IMG/VR virus record: IMGVR_UViG_3300029362_000001 | Coordinates: 1 to 64,000 of that record | Length of the DNA stretch: 64,000 nt | Source: a virus | Strand: one strand, 5' to 3' | Part shown: piece by piece, positions 8,727-18,701 of the stretch | Position numbering within the stretch: the first letter of the stretch is position 1 | Layout of the letters: the number at the start of each line of letters is the position of its first letter | Notes under the pieces: generated by a model | What the model was told of the DNA's origin: nothing | The model's input: only the letters and a program-made list of their open reading frames with translations | Database searches by the model: none | Made by a program: the position numbers and the translations under genes

Positions 8727-8737
8727 ATGGGCATATC

Positions 8738-9592
8738 ATGAGCACAAGTAAAGAATACAGGGCAGTAAGGAACTGTATATTAAATGAACTTCACCTTACC
8801 AAAGAAGATATAATCAAAAACATAGAGCCGTTATTAGAGAAACACGTAAAACGGTACATGGTTAATACATATGGAGGTGACAACCAGATAGAAAACTGGA
8901 TCAGATGCATGGTGAATGATGAACTCAAACAAAGAGATCATGATTTTGTAAGAAGAGCATGCGAGAGCGTCATCAGGGATCATGTATTAAATGAGTTGAA
9001 TATAATCGTAAGATCCAAAAGTGAGAAATGTACATGTGAAAACAGAGTACCATCCGAAGAGGATAAGAAAGAGTCAACTGACGGACTGTATATAATCTAC
9101 AAAGATGGACATGCAGAGCCGTTTACCGGCGATAACTCCAAAGATTGTGTACGATACATTGGGTTGAAGCACAGATACATGTCATTTGCAATCTCACTGA
9201 CGGAACATGATATCGTACAATTGCTTGACGATGATAGCCGTGAAGAATCCGGAAGTGGAACATATTACGAACGTGAATGTGATGCGCTGTTTGACATTGA
9301 CGGACGCGGCAATACGGAACGCCTTGTAGCCAGAAATCCAAAATTGAGAAATCTGCTGGAAGATGGCGAGTATATACCATCTCTTGGTCAATTAAATTTA
9401 ATGGCCCATTATATGGACGAACTAAACAAAGCATTCACTTATGTTTCGGCATCTCCCCTCTCCTCGACGTGGTATTGGTCCAGTACTGAGAGCAGCCAGG
9501 CCGTCGCGTGGTACGTGGTCTTCTCCAGTGGCCTCACGGGCACCGGCAACAAGCACATCGGAGACATGGTTCGGGCGGTAATTGATTTTTAA
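8738..9592 (+). CDS. Hypothetical protein with a C-terminal DUF1566-like (Lcl C-terminal-type) domain
   Basis: The C-terminus WYWSSTESSQAVAWYVVFSSGLTGTGNKHIGDMVRAV resembles the DUF1566 consensus. The 3' 150 bp is markedly GC-rich relative to the genome. Confidence 0.4.
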   Translation: MSTSKEYRAVRNCILNELHLTKEDIIKNIEPLLEKHVKRYMVNTYGGDNQIENWIRCMVNDELKQRDHDFVRRACESVIRDHVLNELNIIVRSKSEKCTCENRVPSEEDKKESTDGLYIIYKDGHAEPFTGDNSKDCVRYIGLKHRYMSFAISLTEHDIVQLLDDDSREESGSGTYYERECDALFDIDGRGNTERLVARNPKLRNLLEDGEYIPSLGQLNLMAHYMDELNKAFTYVSASPLSSTWYWSSTESSQAVAWYVVFSSGLTGTGNKHIGDMVRAVIDF

Positions 9593-9603
9593 AAAGGATT
9601 ACA

Positions 9604-10125
9604 ATGATAACATCAGTAAAAATAAAAGACAATACAAAAACTCCTTTTGAATATGCTTCTGACATAGAAGCGTTTGAAAATAGTAGAGAATTTATTTTCA
9701 AGCCAGGAGTGAATGTGATTGTAGGTAAAAACGGTAGTGGAAAATCAACTTTGCTTAACATCATATCAATGTATGCGTTATGCGAGAAATCCATGTGCTC
9801 TGAAATACCGATCGAGGCACTGGATTTTCCACCTATATTTGATGATGATGACAAGGTTCTTGATGGGATTGACATATCATCCGATTATGCAGGGAAAGTA
9901 TTCCGTTTATTGCCATCGGCGGAGATGAATCGAGATAGTGTATTGAAAAACATCAGCAACTTAGATTTGTATGTGAATAATATTAGAAGATCTTATGGAG
10001 AGAAAGTGGTGTTATCATTGGAATCACTTTTCAATTTAATGTTCGGTCAATTTGAATCTTTTTTATTATCAAAAGACATATCTTTGTCCAAAAAAAAACA
10101 AACAGAATGGAAGAAAAAGAGATAA
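9604..10125 (+). CDS. P-loop ATPase fragment (AAA_15/AAA_21, ABC/SMC-like N-terminal half): Walker A GKNGSGKST and signature-like SYGEKVVLSL
   Basis: Motifs read directly. The ORF stops shortly after an A9 homopolymer at 10090-10098; the next ORF (10107..10361) is in the -1 frame. Confidence 0.55.
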   Translation: MITSVKIKDNTKTPFEYASDIEAFENSREFIFKPGVNVIVGKNGSGKSTLLNIISMYALCEKSMCSEIPIEALDFPPIFDDDDKVLDGIDISSDYAGKVFRLLPSAEMNRDSVLKNISNLDLYVNNIRRSYGEKVVLSLESLFNLMFGQFESFLLSKDISLSKKKQTEWKKKR

Positions 10126-10361
10126 AAGAAGCTATGATTGAAGCCCTGACGCACTTAGAGGGGTGTAAGTATTTCGTGGCTACGATAGTAAATGAAGAGG
10201 AAAGAAGATTTGATATGAGCCAAAGAATGTCACAGCATCAATTGGCGTTAGTTATAAAAGGTATCTTATCTAATAATGAGATGATGATGATGGACGTTTT
10301 GCAGTGGTGTTCTGAAAGATTTAAAAATAGTATAGAGAAAGGAAAGAAATCAACTAATTAA
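10107..10361 (+). CDS. Hypothetical protein (84 aa); possibly the C-terminal continuation of the ATPase via a -1 frameshift at the A9 tract
   Basis: The -1 frame is open upstream across the A9 run. Confidence 0.4.
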   Translation: MEEKEIKEAMIEALTHLEGCKYFVATIVNEEERRFDMSQRMSQHQLALVIKGILSNNEMMMMDVLQWCSERFKNSIEKGKKSTN

Positions 10362-10372
10362 ATATTAATACA

Positions 10373-10843
10373 ATGAATCGCTGGTTTGAAATTACGGTAA
10401 AAGCCGAGATTGATAATATCGAGAACGGCAAAAAAAAGAAAGTAACTGAAAAGTATTTGGTGGATGCCTTGTCTTACACAGAGGCAGAATCAAGATCGTT
10501 GGAGATCTTCAAGGATTTGTACAATTCTTTCGAGGTTGTAAAAATTAATCCTATTAAAGTGTCGGAAATCTTCTTCAACGGAGAAGCTGAGTACTGGTAT
10601 AAGTGTAAGGTGAATTACATTACACTGGATGAAAAGAAAGGTAAAGAAAAGAAAACTCCATGCTATATGTATATCCAGGCCGGAAATCCTAAGGATGCCG
10701 AAGCTGTGTTGACTAAAGGTATGCAGGGTACGTTAGGAGACTGGAATTGCGAGTCTATTGTGGAAACGAAAATCATTGAAGTGTTTAAATACGATCTTCA
10801 GAAGGGAGCTGAAAAATTAGGCGAGAAGAAGAGTGAAGAGTAA
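10373..10843 (+). CDS. Hypothetical protein (156 aa)
   Basis: ATG start. Confidence 0.5.
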   Translation: MNRWFEITVKAEIDNIENGKKKKVTEKYLVDALSYTEAESRSLEIFKDLYNSFEVVKINPIKVSEIFFNGEAEYWYKCKVNYITLDEKKGKEKKTPCYMYIQAGNPKDAEAVLTKGMQGTLGDWNCESIVETKIIEVFKYDLQKGAEKLGEKKSEE

Positions 10844-11072
10844 GGCTGATGTAGTTTCCAACATAGCGCTTGTTGTGGCGATAATATCATTGCTTTCAGC
10901 AGGCGCTTTCCTTCTGATAGTGATTAAGACAGACGAGGTATCTAAATTATTAATGAACGTACCTTATCTACTGGCTTCAGCGGGATTGTTCTTTTCAATA
11001 ATATCATTATTATTCGAATGGAAAGCAAGGAAAAGAAGCTATACGTCTGCGAACGATGTGGACGAAAAGTGA
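10833..11072 (+). CDS. Small membrane protein (two TM helices)
   Basis: Two hydrophobic segments; an apparent GTG start overlaps the upstream stop. Confidence 0.4.
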   Translation: MKSKADVVSNIALVVAIISLLSAGAFLLIVIKTDEVSKLLMNVPYLLASAGLFFSIISLLFEWKARKRSYTSANDVDEK

Positions 11073-11542
11073 TGATAAGAAGTCATGGCTTATGCCAGGC
11101 TTGCAGGAGTAAAGAGTTGACTCCGAAGAAAAAAGACAGAATTACATCCATTAAAAACAGCAGCAAGAAGAAAAAGTTAGAGAACCCGGATTTATCCGGG
11201 TTTTTTCGTCTTATGCTGGAAGAGTTAAATAATAGTCGGATGTCTATGACCGGTAAGGCTATTCATTTTCCTACAGTATGTAACGTCTGTCACATACTTC
11301 CGAAAAGGATATATAAGTCGGTTGCTACTTGCAGGGATAACATAGTTTTCCTACATGAATCGGAGCATACGATATTCGACATGTATCTCGACCGGATGGA
11401 ATTTGATAAACTTGAAACAGAATTTCCTTTTGTGTGGAAGTATGCGGTAAAGAAGGTGCTGGATATGGAAAGCAGGGGAATGATTAAAGAAAGAGGTAGA
11501 TTAATTATTGAAATAATTGACAGATATGAGAAAACTTTATAA
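11018..11542 (+). CDS. Hypothetical zinc-ribbon protein (174 aa)
   Basis: CERCG ... CQAC motif. Confidence 0.5.
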   Translation: MESKEKKLYVCERCGRKVMIRSHGLCQACRSKELTPKKKDRITSIKNSSKKKKLENPDLSGFFRLMLEELNNSRMSMTGKAIHFPTVCNVCHILPKRIYKSVATCRDNIVFLHESEHTIFDMYLDRMEFDKLETEFPFVWKYAVKKVLDMESRGMIKERGRLIIEIIDRYEKTL

Positions 11543-11702
11543 AATAAGAATAGAAGCTGACGATGAAACTATCTTTTATGCTCACATACAGAGAGAAAGT
11601 TATGGTAAGGATATAGCTATCGCAGTGAAAGATAGAGATAAAGATGAAGTGGAAACAGTGTTACATTGTATTAAAGAAGAATTGATTAGAGGAAGATCAT
11701 GA
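11526..11702 (+). CDS. Hypothetical small protein
   Basis: Internal ATG (M4) of the TTG-started track ORF. Confidence 0.4.
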   Translation: MRKLYKIRIEADDETIFYAHIQRESYGKDIAIAVKDRDKDEVETVLHCIKEELIRGRS

Positions 11703-13015
11703 AAGAGAAAATAAAAATATTGACAGATTTAGGATTTGTCCCTATGGTGGAAGGAGAAGGAAATACGTTGTTTAGAATGAACGATGTTGTGATGTCGGTG
11801 TCAGATCCTAACCAAACACCAGAGCAGTTGAAGAAGGAGGTTATGTCTTTAATAAAGAACAGAGACATAGCAGAAAGAGGCGGACAGGTTCCAGTAGTTG
11901 AAGAGCCGGCGCCTGAGACAGAGCAGGCCCAGAAGGAGGAACCGGAAGCTCCGGCGGAGGAAGCCGCTCCTAACCCTGGAGAAGAGGATTCGAATCCGTT
12001 TACAGAAAATCAGGAAACGTTAGAACCGTTTTATATCTGTGATGAGTTAAAGAAGATTGAGACTCCCAAATTCGTAAGATTGACATTAGACGACAATCGT
12101 TTTTATGTAAGGAAGATGGATGATGGGACAGCCAAGATATATGCTTCGGTAACGACCTTAATCAAAGACGGATATGTAGATGATAAGACAGCACTTCAGG
12201 AATGGAAGCAAGAGATAAAGATGCTTGGTCGCAATCCAGAAGAGATAGCGCAGTATGAAGCCGATAAGGGAACGATCATGCACTACCTATACGGATTGTA
12301 CTTGACAGGTAGAGATATGGTCTTAAATCGAAATTTTATAGTTAAGACAGTGCAAGAAGGTAAGCTGAAGATATCGAAGAAAAATCTTGACCGATTTTTT
12401 AACAGCATAGATGATCTTGACGATATGATTGTCAGGGTCATGAAGTTTGCCAAATTCTGTTCTGATTACAAGGTGAAACCGATGATGATAGAAAGAATCC
12501 TTTCTTTAGAGGATTACCTTGTAGCAACACCTATTGATGCGATGGTTAAAATGACATTCAAATACAAAGAAGAAGGTTATTTTGGAGCCGTATATCAAAG
12601 GGCTACAGGGCAGTTCAAAAAAGGCGATCCGAAGAAGGAAGTAAGAGAAGTGGAGAAGGAAGAAGTGGTCATTCTTGACTTTAAATCGGGAGGTATATGG
12701 GAATCATACGCATTCCAATTAGAAGCTGAAAGAAGAATGGTTAAAGCATGGTACGGAATTGACGCGCGTATTATGAACTTTTCTCCAAAAAGCACGAGCA
12801 GTAAAGGATATACGCTGAAAGAATGGACAGAAGATAGTGTAGCACTTGAAAAGGCGGACTGTGTGTTCCAACAAGGGATGTTGAATCACCTTAGAAAAGA
12901 CAAGAGGTTCAAAGTGAGAAAAGGAGTGCTGAATATCAATAAGCCTTACAATGAAGAGGATCATATTGTTGTATATGATATTGCTGAGGAAATGTCTAAA
13001 AGATTCGTAATATGA
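11699..13015 (+). CDS. Hypothetical protein (438 aa) with an acidic PE-rich linker; possible PD-(D/E)XK-type nuclease core (VILDFKSG ... E)
   Basis: Long ORF. The nuclease assignment is weak and rests only on a D-x-K-like motif. Confidence 0.5.
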   Translation: MKEKIKILTDLGFVPMVEGEGNTLFRMNDVVMSVSDPNQTPEQLKKEVMSLIKNRDIAERGGQVPVVEEPAPETEQAQKEEPEAPAEEAAPNPGEEDSNPFTENQETLEPFYICDELKKIETPKFVRLTLDDNRFYVRKMDDGTAKIYASVTTLIKDGYVDDKTALQEWKQEIKMLGRNPEEIAQYEADKGTIMHYLYGLYLTGRDMVLNRNFIVKTVQEGKLKISKKNLDRFFNSIDDLDDMIVRVMKFAKFCSDYKVKPMMIERILSLEDYLVATPIDAMVKMTFKYKEEGYFGAVYQRATGQFKKGDPKKEVREVEKEEVVILDFKSGGIWESYAFQLEAERRMVKAWYGIDARIMNFSPKSTSSKGYTLKEWTEDSVALEKADCVFQQGMLNHLRKDKRFKVRKGVLNINKPYNEEDHIVVYDIAEEMSKRFVI

Positions 13016-13245
13016 GTGATATTGTTATTCCTAAAGGAGATTATGTGGAAATCGTAAAACCGATATGTATCAATCCTTTTGGTGATTATTTTATTAACAT
13101 CAAAAGGGGTTCAAGATTAAGATTATCGAAAGATTTGAAAATAGGGGATAAGTATGCAATATGCATACTTACATCTTACGAGAAATATGGCAAGACTGTT
13201 AATGTGATAATGCCTATACTGGTTAGAAACACAAGAAGAGTATGA
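13012..13245 (+). CDS. Hypothetical protein (77 aa)
   Basis: ATGA overlap with the upstream gene. Confidence 0.45.
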   Translation: MSDIVIPKGDYVEIVKPICINPFGDYFINIKRGSRLRLSKDLKIGDKYAICILTSYEKYGKTVNVIMPILVRNTRRV

Positions 13246-13592
13246 AAAGAAAAATTAGAAGAACCGGGGAGATAATAGACATAATCACCTTCAGCGGCTC
13301 AACTACAAGAAGCGACTGTGACAAAATACAATTCTATGACAGCAAAGGAAGTGTGATAAATGAGAGTTTAAATTATTATCTCGATACCCTTCCTGTGGAT
13401 GATGAAAACAAAGACGTGGATTGGGAACAACGTAGATTCGATCTTGTTAAGGCTTATTCTATTGAGTTTATCAAAACACTGCATAGAAAAGGAGAGATAG
13501 ATTGCGGAGTATATGTACCAGATGTGGTGTCATGGTCTATAACTATAGCAGATAGAATCATAGAAGCAATGAGAGGAGTTCAAAATGCTTGA
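13242..13592 (+). CDS. Hypothetical protein (116 aa)
   Basis: ATGA overlap with the upstream gene. Confidence 0.5.
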   Translation: MKRKIRRTGEIIDIITFSGSTTRSDCDKIQFYDSKGSVINESLNYYLDTLPVDDENKDVDWEQRRFDLVKAYSIEFIKTLHRKGEIDCGVYVPDVVSWSITIADRIIEAMRGVQNA

Positions 13593-14598
13593 TTTCAGAA
13601 GATACGAAAACGTACCTCGGTTTCAACTTGACCGCAGGCCCGGAAGGAGCCGACTGAAGCTAACCTGCCCGGCTTGCGGAAAAAGCCGGTGCCTCACTCC
13701 TTATATTGATGTGGCAACAGGTCAGGTTGTTGGCAACGAGTTCGGAAGATGCGATCATGAACGGACTTGCGGTTACGATAAACGACCTACTGGTAAGGAT
13801 GTAGGTGACAAAGATCTTTGGATTTCAGGAAACAAGTGTATAAGAGCTTATCGCCCTCCTGTAAATCCTGACGTTGTAAATTACATACCTTTTAGCGAGT
13901 TTGAGAGGACTGTGGTTCCAGACGATAGAAACACTGTATTTAGATTTTTATCGTCTCTATGGGGAAAAGAAAGGGTGTCTGATGTATTCAGGAGGTATCA
14001 TGTAGGAACAATGGACTTATGGGGATGGAAAGGATGTTGTATATTCTGGCAGATAGACAAAGATTTTGTATGTAGAACCGGCAAGATCATGGACTTTTAT
14101 ATAAAAACCGACGGCCAGGGGAATGAGATTGATGTAAAAAGAGTGAAGGAAAAAGACGGTGACAATGAGCGGCCTCATGTTATGTTTTATCACTCGTTGC
14201 ATGCAAGAGACTTCTTGTTTAGACAATGCCTGTTCGGAGAGCATCTTCTAAGCCAGTATCCGGATAAGGTGGTTAATTTGGTGGAATCAGAAAAGACGGC
14301 TATTATATGCGCTGTGAATAAACCGGATGAGTTATTTGTAGCTACCGGTGGGTTGCAGAATCTAAGGCCGGAAGTGATAGATGTTTTAAAAGATAGAAAG
14401 ACCGTAGCTTTTCCGGACAAAGGACAAGCATTTGAGACATGGAGTAAAAAGATAGATGGGATGATGATGAAGTCAAGGATAAAAGTATCGGACTATCTTC
14501 AAAATGTTGAAAATGTAGGAGACGGAGATGATGTGGCAGATCTGATAATTAGTAACAAGGTAAAAGAAAAATATCATGAGCCTGGATGTTTATATTAA
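13585..14598 (+). CDS. Putative DNA primase (N-terminal zinc-binding CxxC ... C ... C motif plus TOPRIM-like region)
   Basis: CPACGKSRC ... GRCDHERTC zinc finger; a VESEKTAIIC glutamate motif and a downstream acidic motif; the genomic context is a replication module. Confidence 0.45.
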   Translation: MLDFRRYENVPRFQLDRRPGRSRLKLTCPACGKSRCLTPYIDVATGQVVGNEFGRCDHERTCGYDKRPTGKDVGDKDLWISGNKCIRAYRPPVNPDVVNYIPFSEFERTVVPDDRNTVFRFLSSLWGKERVSDVFRRYHVGTMDLWGWKGCCIFWQIDKDFVCRTGKIMDFYIKTDGQGNEIDVKRVKEKDGDNERPHVMFYHSLHARDFLFRQCLFGEHLLSQYPDKVVNLVESEKTAIICAVNKPDELFVATGGLQNLRPEVIDVLKDRKTVAFPDKGQAFETWSKKIDGMMMKSRIKVSDYLQNVENVGDGDDVADLIISNKVKEKYHEPGCLY

Positions 14599-14929
14599 GA
14601 ACAAGAAGAAAGAAGAGGATTGTAGATGGGTTGCAAACATCACCCACAACATGAACAAGATGGCACAAAGAATATTCGTATCAAAAAATAAAGAAACGCT
14701 GTACGATTATGTTTGGAGACCAGAAGAATTGTGTAGAGAAATATATACCAATGAGATGAAGAATGTACTTACAAAAGGTATATGTATTATGATCTCCAAG
14801 AGAAAAAGTCTTTTGAGATACGAGCCGGAAAACGGATGGGGGTCTTATGATTCATTTCTTAAGTTTCTTATCAAATACAAAGAGGCGTGTGAAGATCATC
14901 CGGGTTATATAATTAAAGCAAGTAGATAA
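14576..14929 (+). CDS. Hypothetical protein (117 aa)
   Basis: ATG start. Confidence 0.5.
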   Translation: MSLDVYIKNKKKEEDCRWVANITHNMNKMAQRIFVSKNKETLYDYVWRPEELCREIYTNEMKNVLTKGICIMISKRKSLLRYEPENGWGSYDSFLKFLIKYKEACEDHPGYIIKASR

Positions 14930-14930
14930 T

Positions 14931-15188
14931 ATGGAAAATTATAAAAACACTTTAAATGAGGTAGTGGTGATCGAATCATCACCAGAAACGTATTTTGTTT
15001 ACGCTATTCGTAATGCTATTCGTATCTCTAAATGTGCGTATCCGACAGCCAAGAAAGTAATTTTCAAAAGAGAGGACGTAGAGGTAGAGATTTCGGAAAT
15101 GGAAACTGAGAGCAGTTTGTATGAAAAGTTTAAAGAAAAACAAAAGAATAGGGTATGGAACTTAATGAGCGCCAACAACGGGTTTTAA
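14931..15188 (+). CDS. Hypothetical protein (85 aa)
   Basis: ATG start. Confidence 0.45.
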   Translation: MENYKNTLNEVVVIESSPETYFVYAIRNAIRISKCAYPTAKKVIFKREDVEVEISEMETESSLYEKFKEKQKNRVWNLMSANNGF

Positions 15189-15721
15189 GAGGCGAAATTT
15201 GTCCTTATTGTGGAAGAGAAACCGAGTTGGTCAATGCCGATAAAATATATAGCAGAAAAGGCTTAGGGATGGTTATGATGTGTAAACCATGCAATGCTTA
15301 TGTCGGTGTTCATGAATCAGGGCCGAATAAGGGAAAAGCTAAAGGCCGGCTTGCGGGGCCATCACTGAGGTCTCTTAAGATAAGAGTCCATGCCGAACTT
15401 GATAGACTATGGTCTACGCCGGAGGAACGGAAAAGGATGTATAAAGATTTATCTGAATTTCTCTCTATACCGGAAGAGTACACACATATAGGTATGTTTG
15501 GCGAGAAGACGATGGGAAAAGTCTTTCAGTTCTGTCATGTAAACAAAGAACGATCAGGTTCGAGAATAGAATGGCATAAACCTGGAGATAAGTGCCCTAA
15601 TAAAAACAATCAAATAGTGTCAGGCAGTAGCGCATGTAGAGGATGTCCTGAGTATCTTCATGATGAGAAAGACGGGTATGTCTGGTGTGATCCTGATATG
15701 AGCTACGGCAGGTTGAAATAG
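15155..15721 (+). CDS. Hypothetical zinc-ribbon protein (188 aa)
   Basis: CPYCG ... CKPCN and C-terminal CRGCPEY motifs. Confidence 0.5.
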   Translation: MELNERQQRVLRGEICPYCGRETELVNADKIYSRKGLGMVMMCKPCNAYVGVHESGPNKGKAKGRLAGPSLRSLKIRVHAELDRLWSTPEERKRMYKDLSEFLSIPEEYTHIGMFGEKTMGKVFQFCHVNKERSGSRIEWHKPGDKCPNKNNQIVSGSSACRGCPEYLHDEKDGYVWCDPDMSYGRLK

Positions 15722-15773
15722 GGCGTGAATTGCCTATCTTTGTGCTATTATTAATCAAAAAAAATATAAGCAC

Positions 15774-16052
15774 ATGGGTAGATCGACAGAGTACTACAGG
15801 ACTCATCCCGAAGCCAGGAAGAAAAAGGCTAAAAAGGACAAGGAGATAAATGCCAGACCGGAACAGAAAGCCAAACGCCGAGAGCTTGGTCGTAAAAACT
15901 ACGAAACGGACAAGAAGAAGGGTAAGGGCTGGAGAAAAGGAAAGGATTGTTCTCATACCAAGAACGGTCTTAGGTATAAATCAGTAAAAGCTAATAGGGG
16001 ATCCAAATCGGATACGAAAGGTGACAAAAATGCAAGAGGATCTGAAAAATAA
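15774..16052 (+). CDS. Highly basic Lys/Arg-rich small protein (92 aa); candidate DNA/RNA-binding protein
   Basis: Composition only. Confidence 0.45.
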   Translation: MGRSTEYYRTHPEARKKKAKKDKEINARPEQKAKRRELGRKNYETDKKKGKGWRKGKDCSHTKNGLRYKSVKANRGSKSDTKGDKNARGSEK

Positions 16053-17154
16053 AATAGATATAAGAAGGATATTCAAGACCTCTAAACAGGTTATGGAAGA
16101 GGCGTATGAGAATATCTTGAAATACAGGCGGGGAGAGCTTATCCCCGCTAAAACCGGATACGATTATATTGATGAGGCTTTGCTTGGAGGTATTTTTCCT
16201 CAGCACGCTATTGCCATAGGAGCCCGGCCATCTGTAGGTAAATCGTATGTGGCCCAAAAGATATTGGAAAATGTGATGAATCCGATGATCAACCCGCAAG
16301 CAGAAGATTATTTTCTTGTTAATTGCGAGTTCGAAATGAATCCTCAAGATCTTCTTCTTCGCAGAATGAGCCAGGATATGAAAAAGCGAGCTCCTGAAAT
16401 ATTAAGAAGGCAAGATTCTAATACAGTAGAAGAGATGAGGATGTTTGAAATCCTTCAAGGTGAAATCAGGAATAATATAATATACATCGATGCTCCGTGT
16501 ACGGTAAAAGAGTTTGAGGCGGCTGTGTATCATATAGCTACCAAACACAAAGACAAACGTCTTATAATATTTAAAGTCGATCATATTGCTTTGATAAAAA
16601 GAATGGGGTTAGATCCTAAGTCGGCTATAGATGATTTGGTGGCGGTTATGAACGAAGCTAAATTAGTATATAAAAACATATTTTTCCTCATCATATCCCA
16701 ATTCAACAGAGAAATAGAAGGAAGGATAAAAAGCCCACAAGAGCAGCCTCCGCGTCTTTCTGATTTTTACCAATCTGATACGCTGGGTCAGTTATGTACG
16801 TTAATGATAGGTTTGCACAATCCTCGTAGGTACGGGCTGGATAAGTATATGATATTTGGGAAAGATTGGTATCAGACTCTTGATAGGTTTAAAACTGAAA
16901 ACAAAACATCATTCAGGACAGCCGGACTTGTGTTTCATCATATACTGAAGGTAAGGCAAGTTAGTATGGAAGAGCTTACTAATACAATCCACCCAGAGAT
17001 CCTGCCGGGACATGGATGGATGTACGGGGAGGGCGGGACGAAGTTCGTGAACCCCAACCAGCCGCCGACGCCGCCCAAGCTCTATACTGTGGAAGATGTT
17101 ACGGACAATCAGGAACAAGAACAAGAGACAAAAGAAGAACAGTCATTGTATTAA
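16030..17154 (+). CDS. DnaB-like replicative (SF4) helicase, C-terminal RecA-like domain
   Basis: Walker A GARPSVGKS, Walker B-like IIFKVDH, and an SQFNRE motif matching the DnaB SQLNR/H4 motif. Confidence 0.7.
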   Translation: MQEDLKNKIDIRRIFKTSKQVMEEAYENILKYRRGELIPAKTGYDYIDEALLGGIFPQHAIAIGARPSVGKSYVAQKILENVMNPMINPQAEDYFLVNCEFEMNPQDLLLRRMSQDMKKRAPEILRRQDSNTVEEMRMFEILQGEIRNNIIYIDAPCTVKEFEAAVYHIATKHKDKRLIIFKVDHIALIKRMGLDPKSAIDDLVAVMNEAKLVYKNIFFLIISQFNREIEGRIKSPQEQPPRLSDFYQSDTLGQLCTLMIGLHNPRRYGLDKYMIFGKDWYQTLDRFKTENKTSFRTAGLVFHHILKVRQVSMEELTNTIHPEILPGHGWMYGEGGTKFVNPNQPPTPPKLYTVEDVTDNQEQEQETKEEQSLY

Positions 17155-17169
17155 AAAAAAATAAGAACC

Positions 17170-17772
17170 ATGAGACTAACAGTAGAAGAAAACGAATACC
17201 TGATAAGTAAGTTCCTTTTGGTTCTTACTGAATTTGCAGGGGATGAAAGAGAGATGTTTTTAATCAACTCCATACATGATAAGGCGGTGGCGGATATGAA
17301 TTATCGTCTTCCGTCTTTAATAAGCAGAGAACGTAAAAGACGAGTCATTGAGCTCCTTAAAGAAGGAACCAGAATAATCAAGGACTTTTCCGGCTATGCA
17401 GGTGATATGGGTATGATTAACGAATACGATCGTCTAAAGAAAGAAATAGGTACCGTCCAAGACCAGCTTGGTGACGTAGAAGGTCAACTTCGGGCAGCAG
17501 GAGAAGTTATTAAAAAAGAACTTGATATGATTGCTGACCGAATCAAAGAAGACCTTCTTGATCGAGAACTGGCTAAAAGTAATGCCGAGGCCGAAAGAAA
17601 AGCCAAAGTAGATCCGAGATACGAAGTAGCTTTAGGTGATTACAAGGAGATGCTGGAAGTGATTTTTACAACCAGAAACAAGTATTCTACGGTAGATTCT
17701 GTACATGACGATCTTCGACAGTCGGTATCTACCGGTAGAAATTCGATTATTAAAGAAGGGTACAACAGTTAA
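17170..17772 (+). CDS. Hypothetical coiled-coil protein (200 aa)
   Basis: Charged heptad-like sequence. Confidence 0.5.
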   Translation: MRLTVEENEYLISKFLLVLTEFAGDEREMFLINSIHDKAVADMNYRLPSLISRERKRRVIELLKEGTRIIKDFSGYAGDMGMINEYDRLKKEIGTVQDQLGDVEGQLRAAGEVIKKELDMIADRIKEDLLDRELAKSNAEAERKAKVDPRYEVALGDYKEMLEVIFTTRNKYSTVDSVHDDLRQSVSTGRNSIIKEGYNS

Positions 17773-17787
17773 AAACAAGGAGGGAAT

Positions 17788-17985
17788 ATGGAAAAGAAGG
17801 AATTTAAAGTAGGAGAAGTATTTACTGCCGGACTTGTAAGATTAAAATGTGTGGAAGGTGATACATGCGATGGATGTATATTCGAAGATTACGATTCTTG
17901 TTCATGTACAGACATAATTATTGGTCCATGTGGACATGTTGATAGACAAGATAACAAGAATGTTATTTTTATTAAAGCTGATTAA
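17788..17985 (+). CDS. Small Cys-rich protein (65 aa)
   Basis: SD caaggaggg; CDGC ... CSC ... C cluster. Confidence 0.45.
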   Translation: MEKKEFKVGEVFTAGLVRLKCVEGDTCDGCIFEDYDSCSCTDIIIGPCGHVDRQDNKNVIFIKAD

Positions 17986-17987
17986 GA

Positions 17988-18701
17988 ATGTACATCAATT
18001 TCAGACAACTTGCAGCATCAGACATGACTCCTAATGATCTTGCCAATCTTCTTGCCATAAGACAGAAGGATTCGGTTATGATCGAAGCCATGCCGGAAGA
18101 AGATGCTGGGAGGTATATAGAGCTTGGCCTGGTTGAGAAATTAAAATCAGGCGTGATGAGATTGACCAACAAGGGAACGTCTTTTGTGAATTATATAGAG
18201 ACACCGGAAATGACAGACGAGGTTCTGGAAACGTTGAAGATTATGATAGGAATGTACGAATCATATTCAAAAGACATAGGTGTCAGCAGAAAAGAAGCAG
18301 AATCCAGATTGTGTTGGTTTATGGGTAACACCTCATTCAAGAAAGAGGTCATACTTCAGGTAACGGAATCTTATATAGCAGAGTCAGGAGATTATACAAT
18401 GAGCTTATGTAACTTCATATGGAAACCGCCTTCTCAGACTTTTTCAGTTCATATGAACCTTAAAAATTCAAAGCTCTTTGACTTAATAGCTGAAAAATTT
18501 AAGATCGCTACCGAGCCTTATTTGGAGTCTAAGAAGAATAAGGAAATGGATTGGTTGTTTGCCGTATCTAAATTGCCTACGCCTCCGGCTAAAGGCAATC
18601 CGGATTATTTGTTTACCGGAAGTTCTGAAACAGACAAAGAGCGATTGAAAAACATAAAAACGTATTTATTTAACAAAATTAGAAAGCAATGGAAAAAGTA
18701 A
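17988..18701 (+). CDS. Hypothetical protein (237 aa)
   Basis: ATG start. Confidence 0.55.
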   Translation: MYINFRQLAASDMTPNDLANLLAIRQKDSVMIEAMPEEDAGRYIELGLVEKLKSGVMRLTNKGTSFVNYIETPEMTDEVLETLKIMIGMYESYSKDIGVSRKEAESRLCWFMGNTSFKKEVILQVTESYIAESGDYTMSLCNFIWKPPSQTFSVHMNLKNSKLFDLIAEKFKIATEPYLESKKNKEMDWLFAVSKLPTPPAKGNPDYLFTGSSETDKERLKNIKTYLFNKIRKQWKK

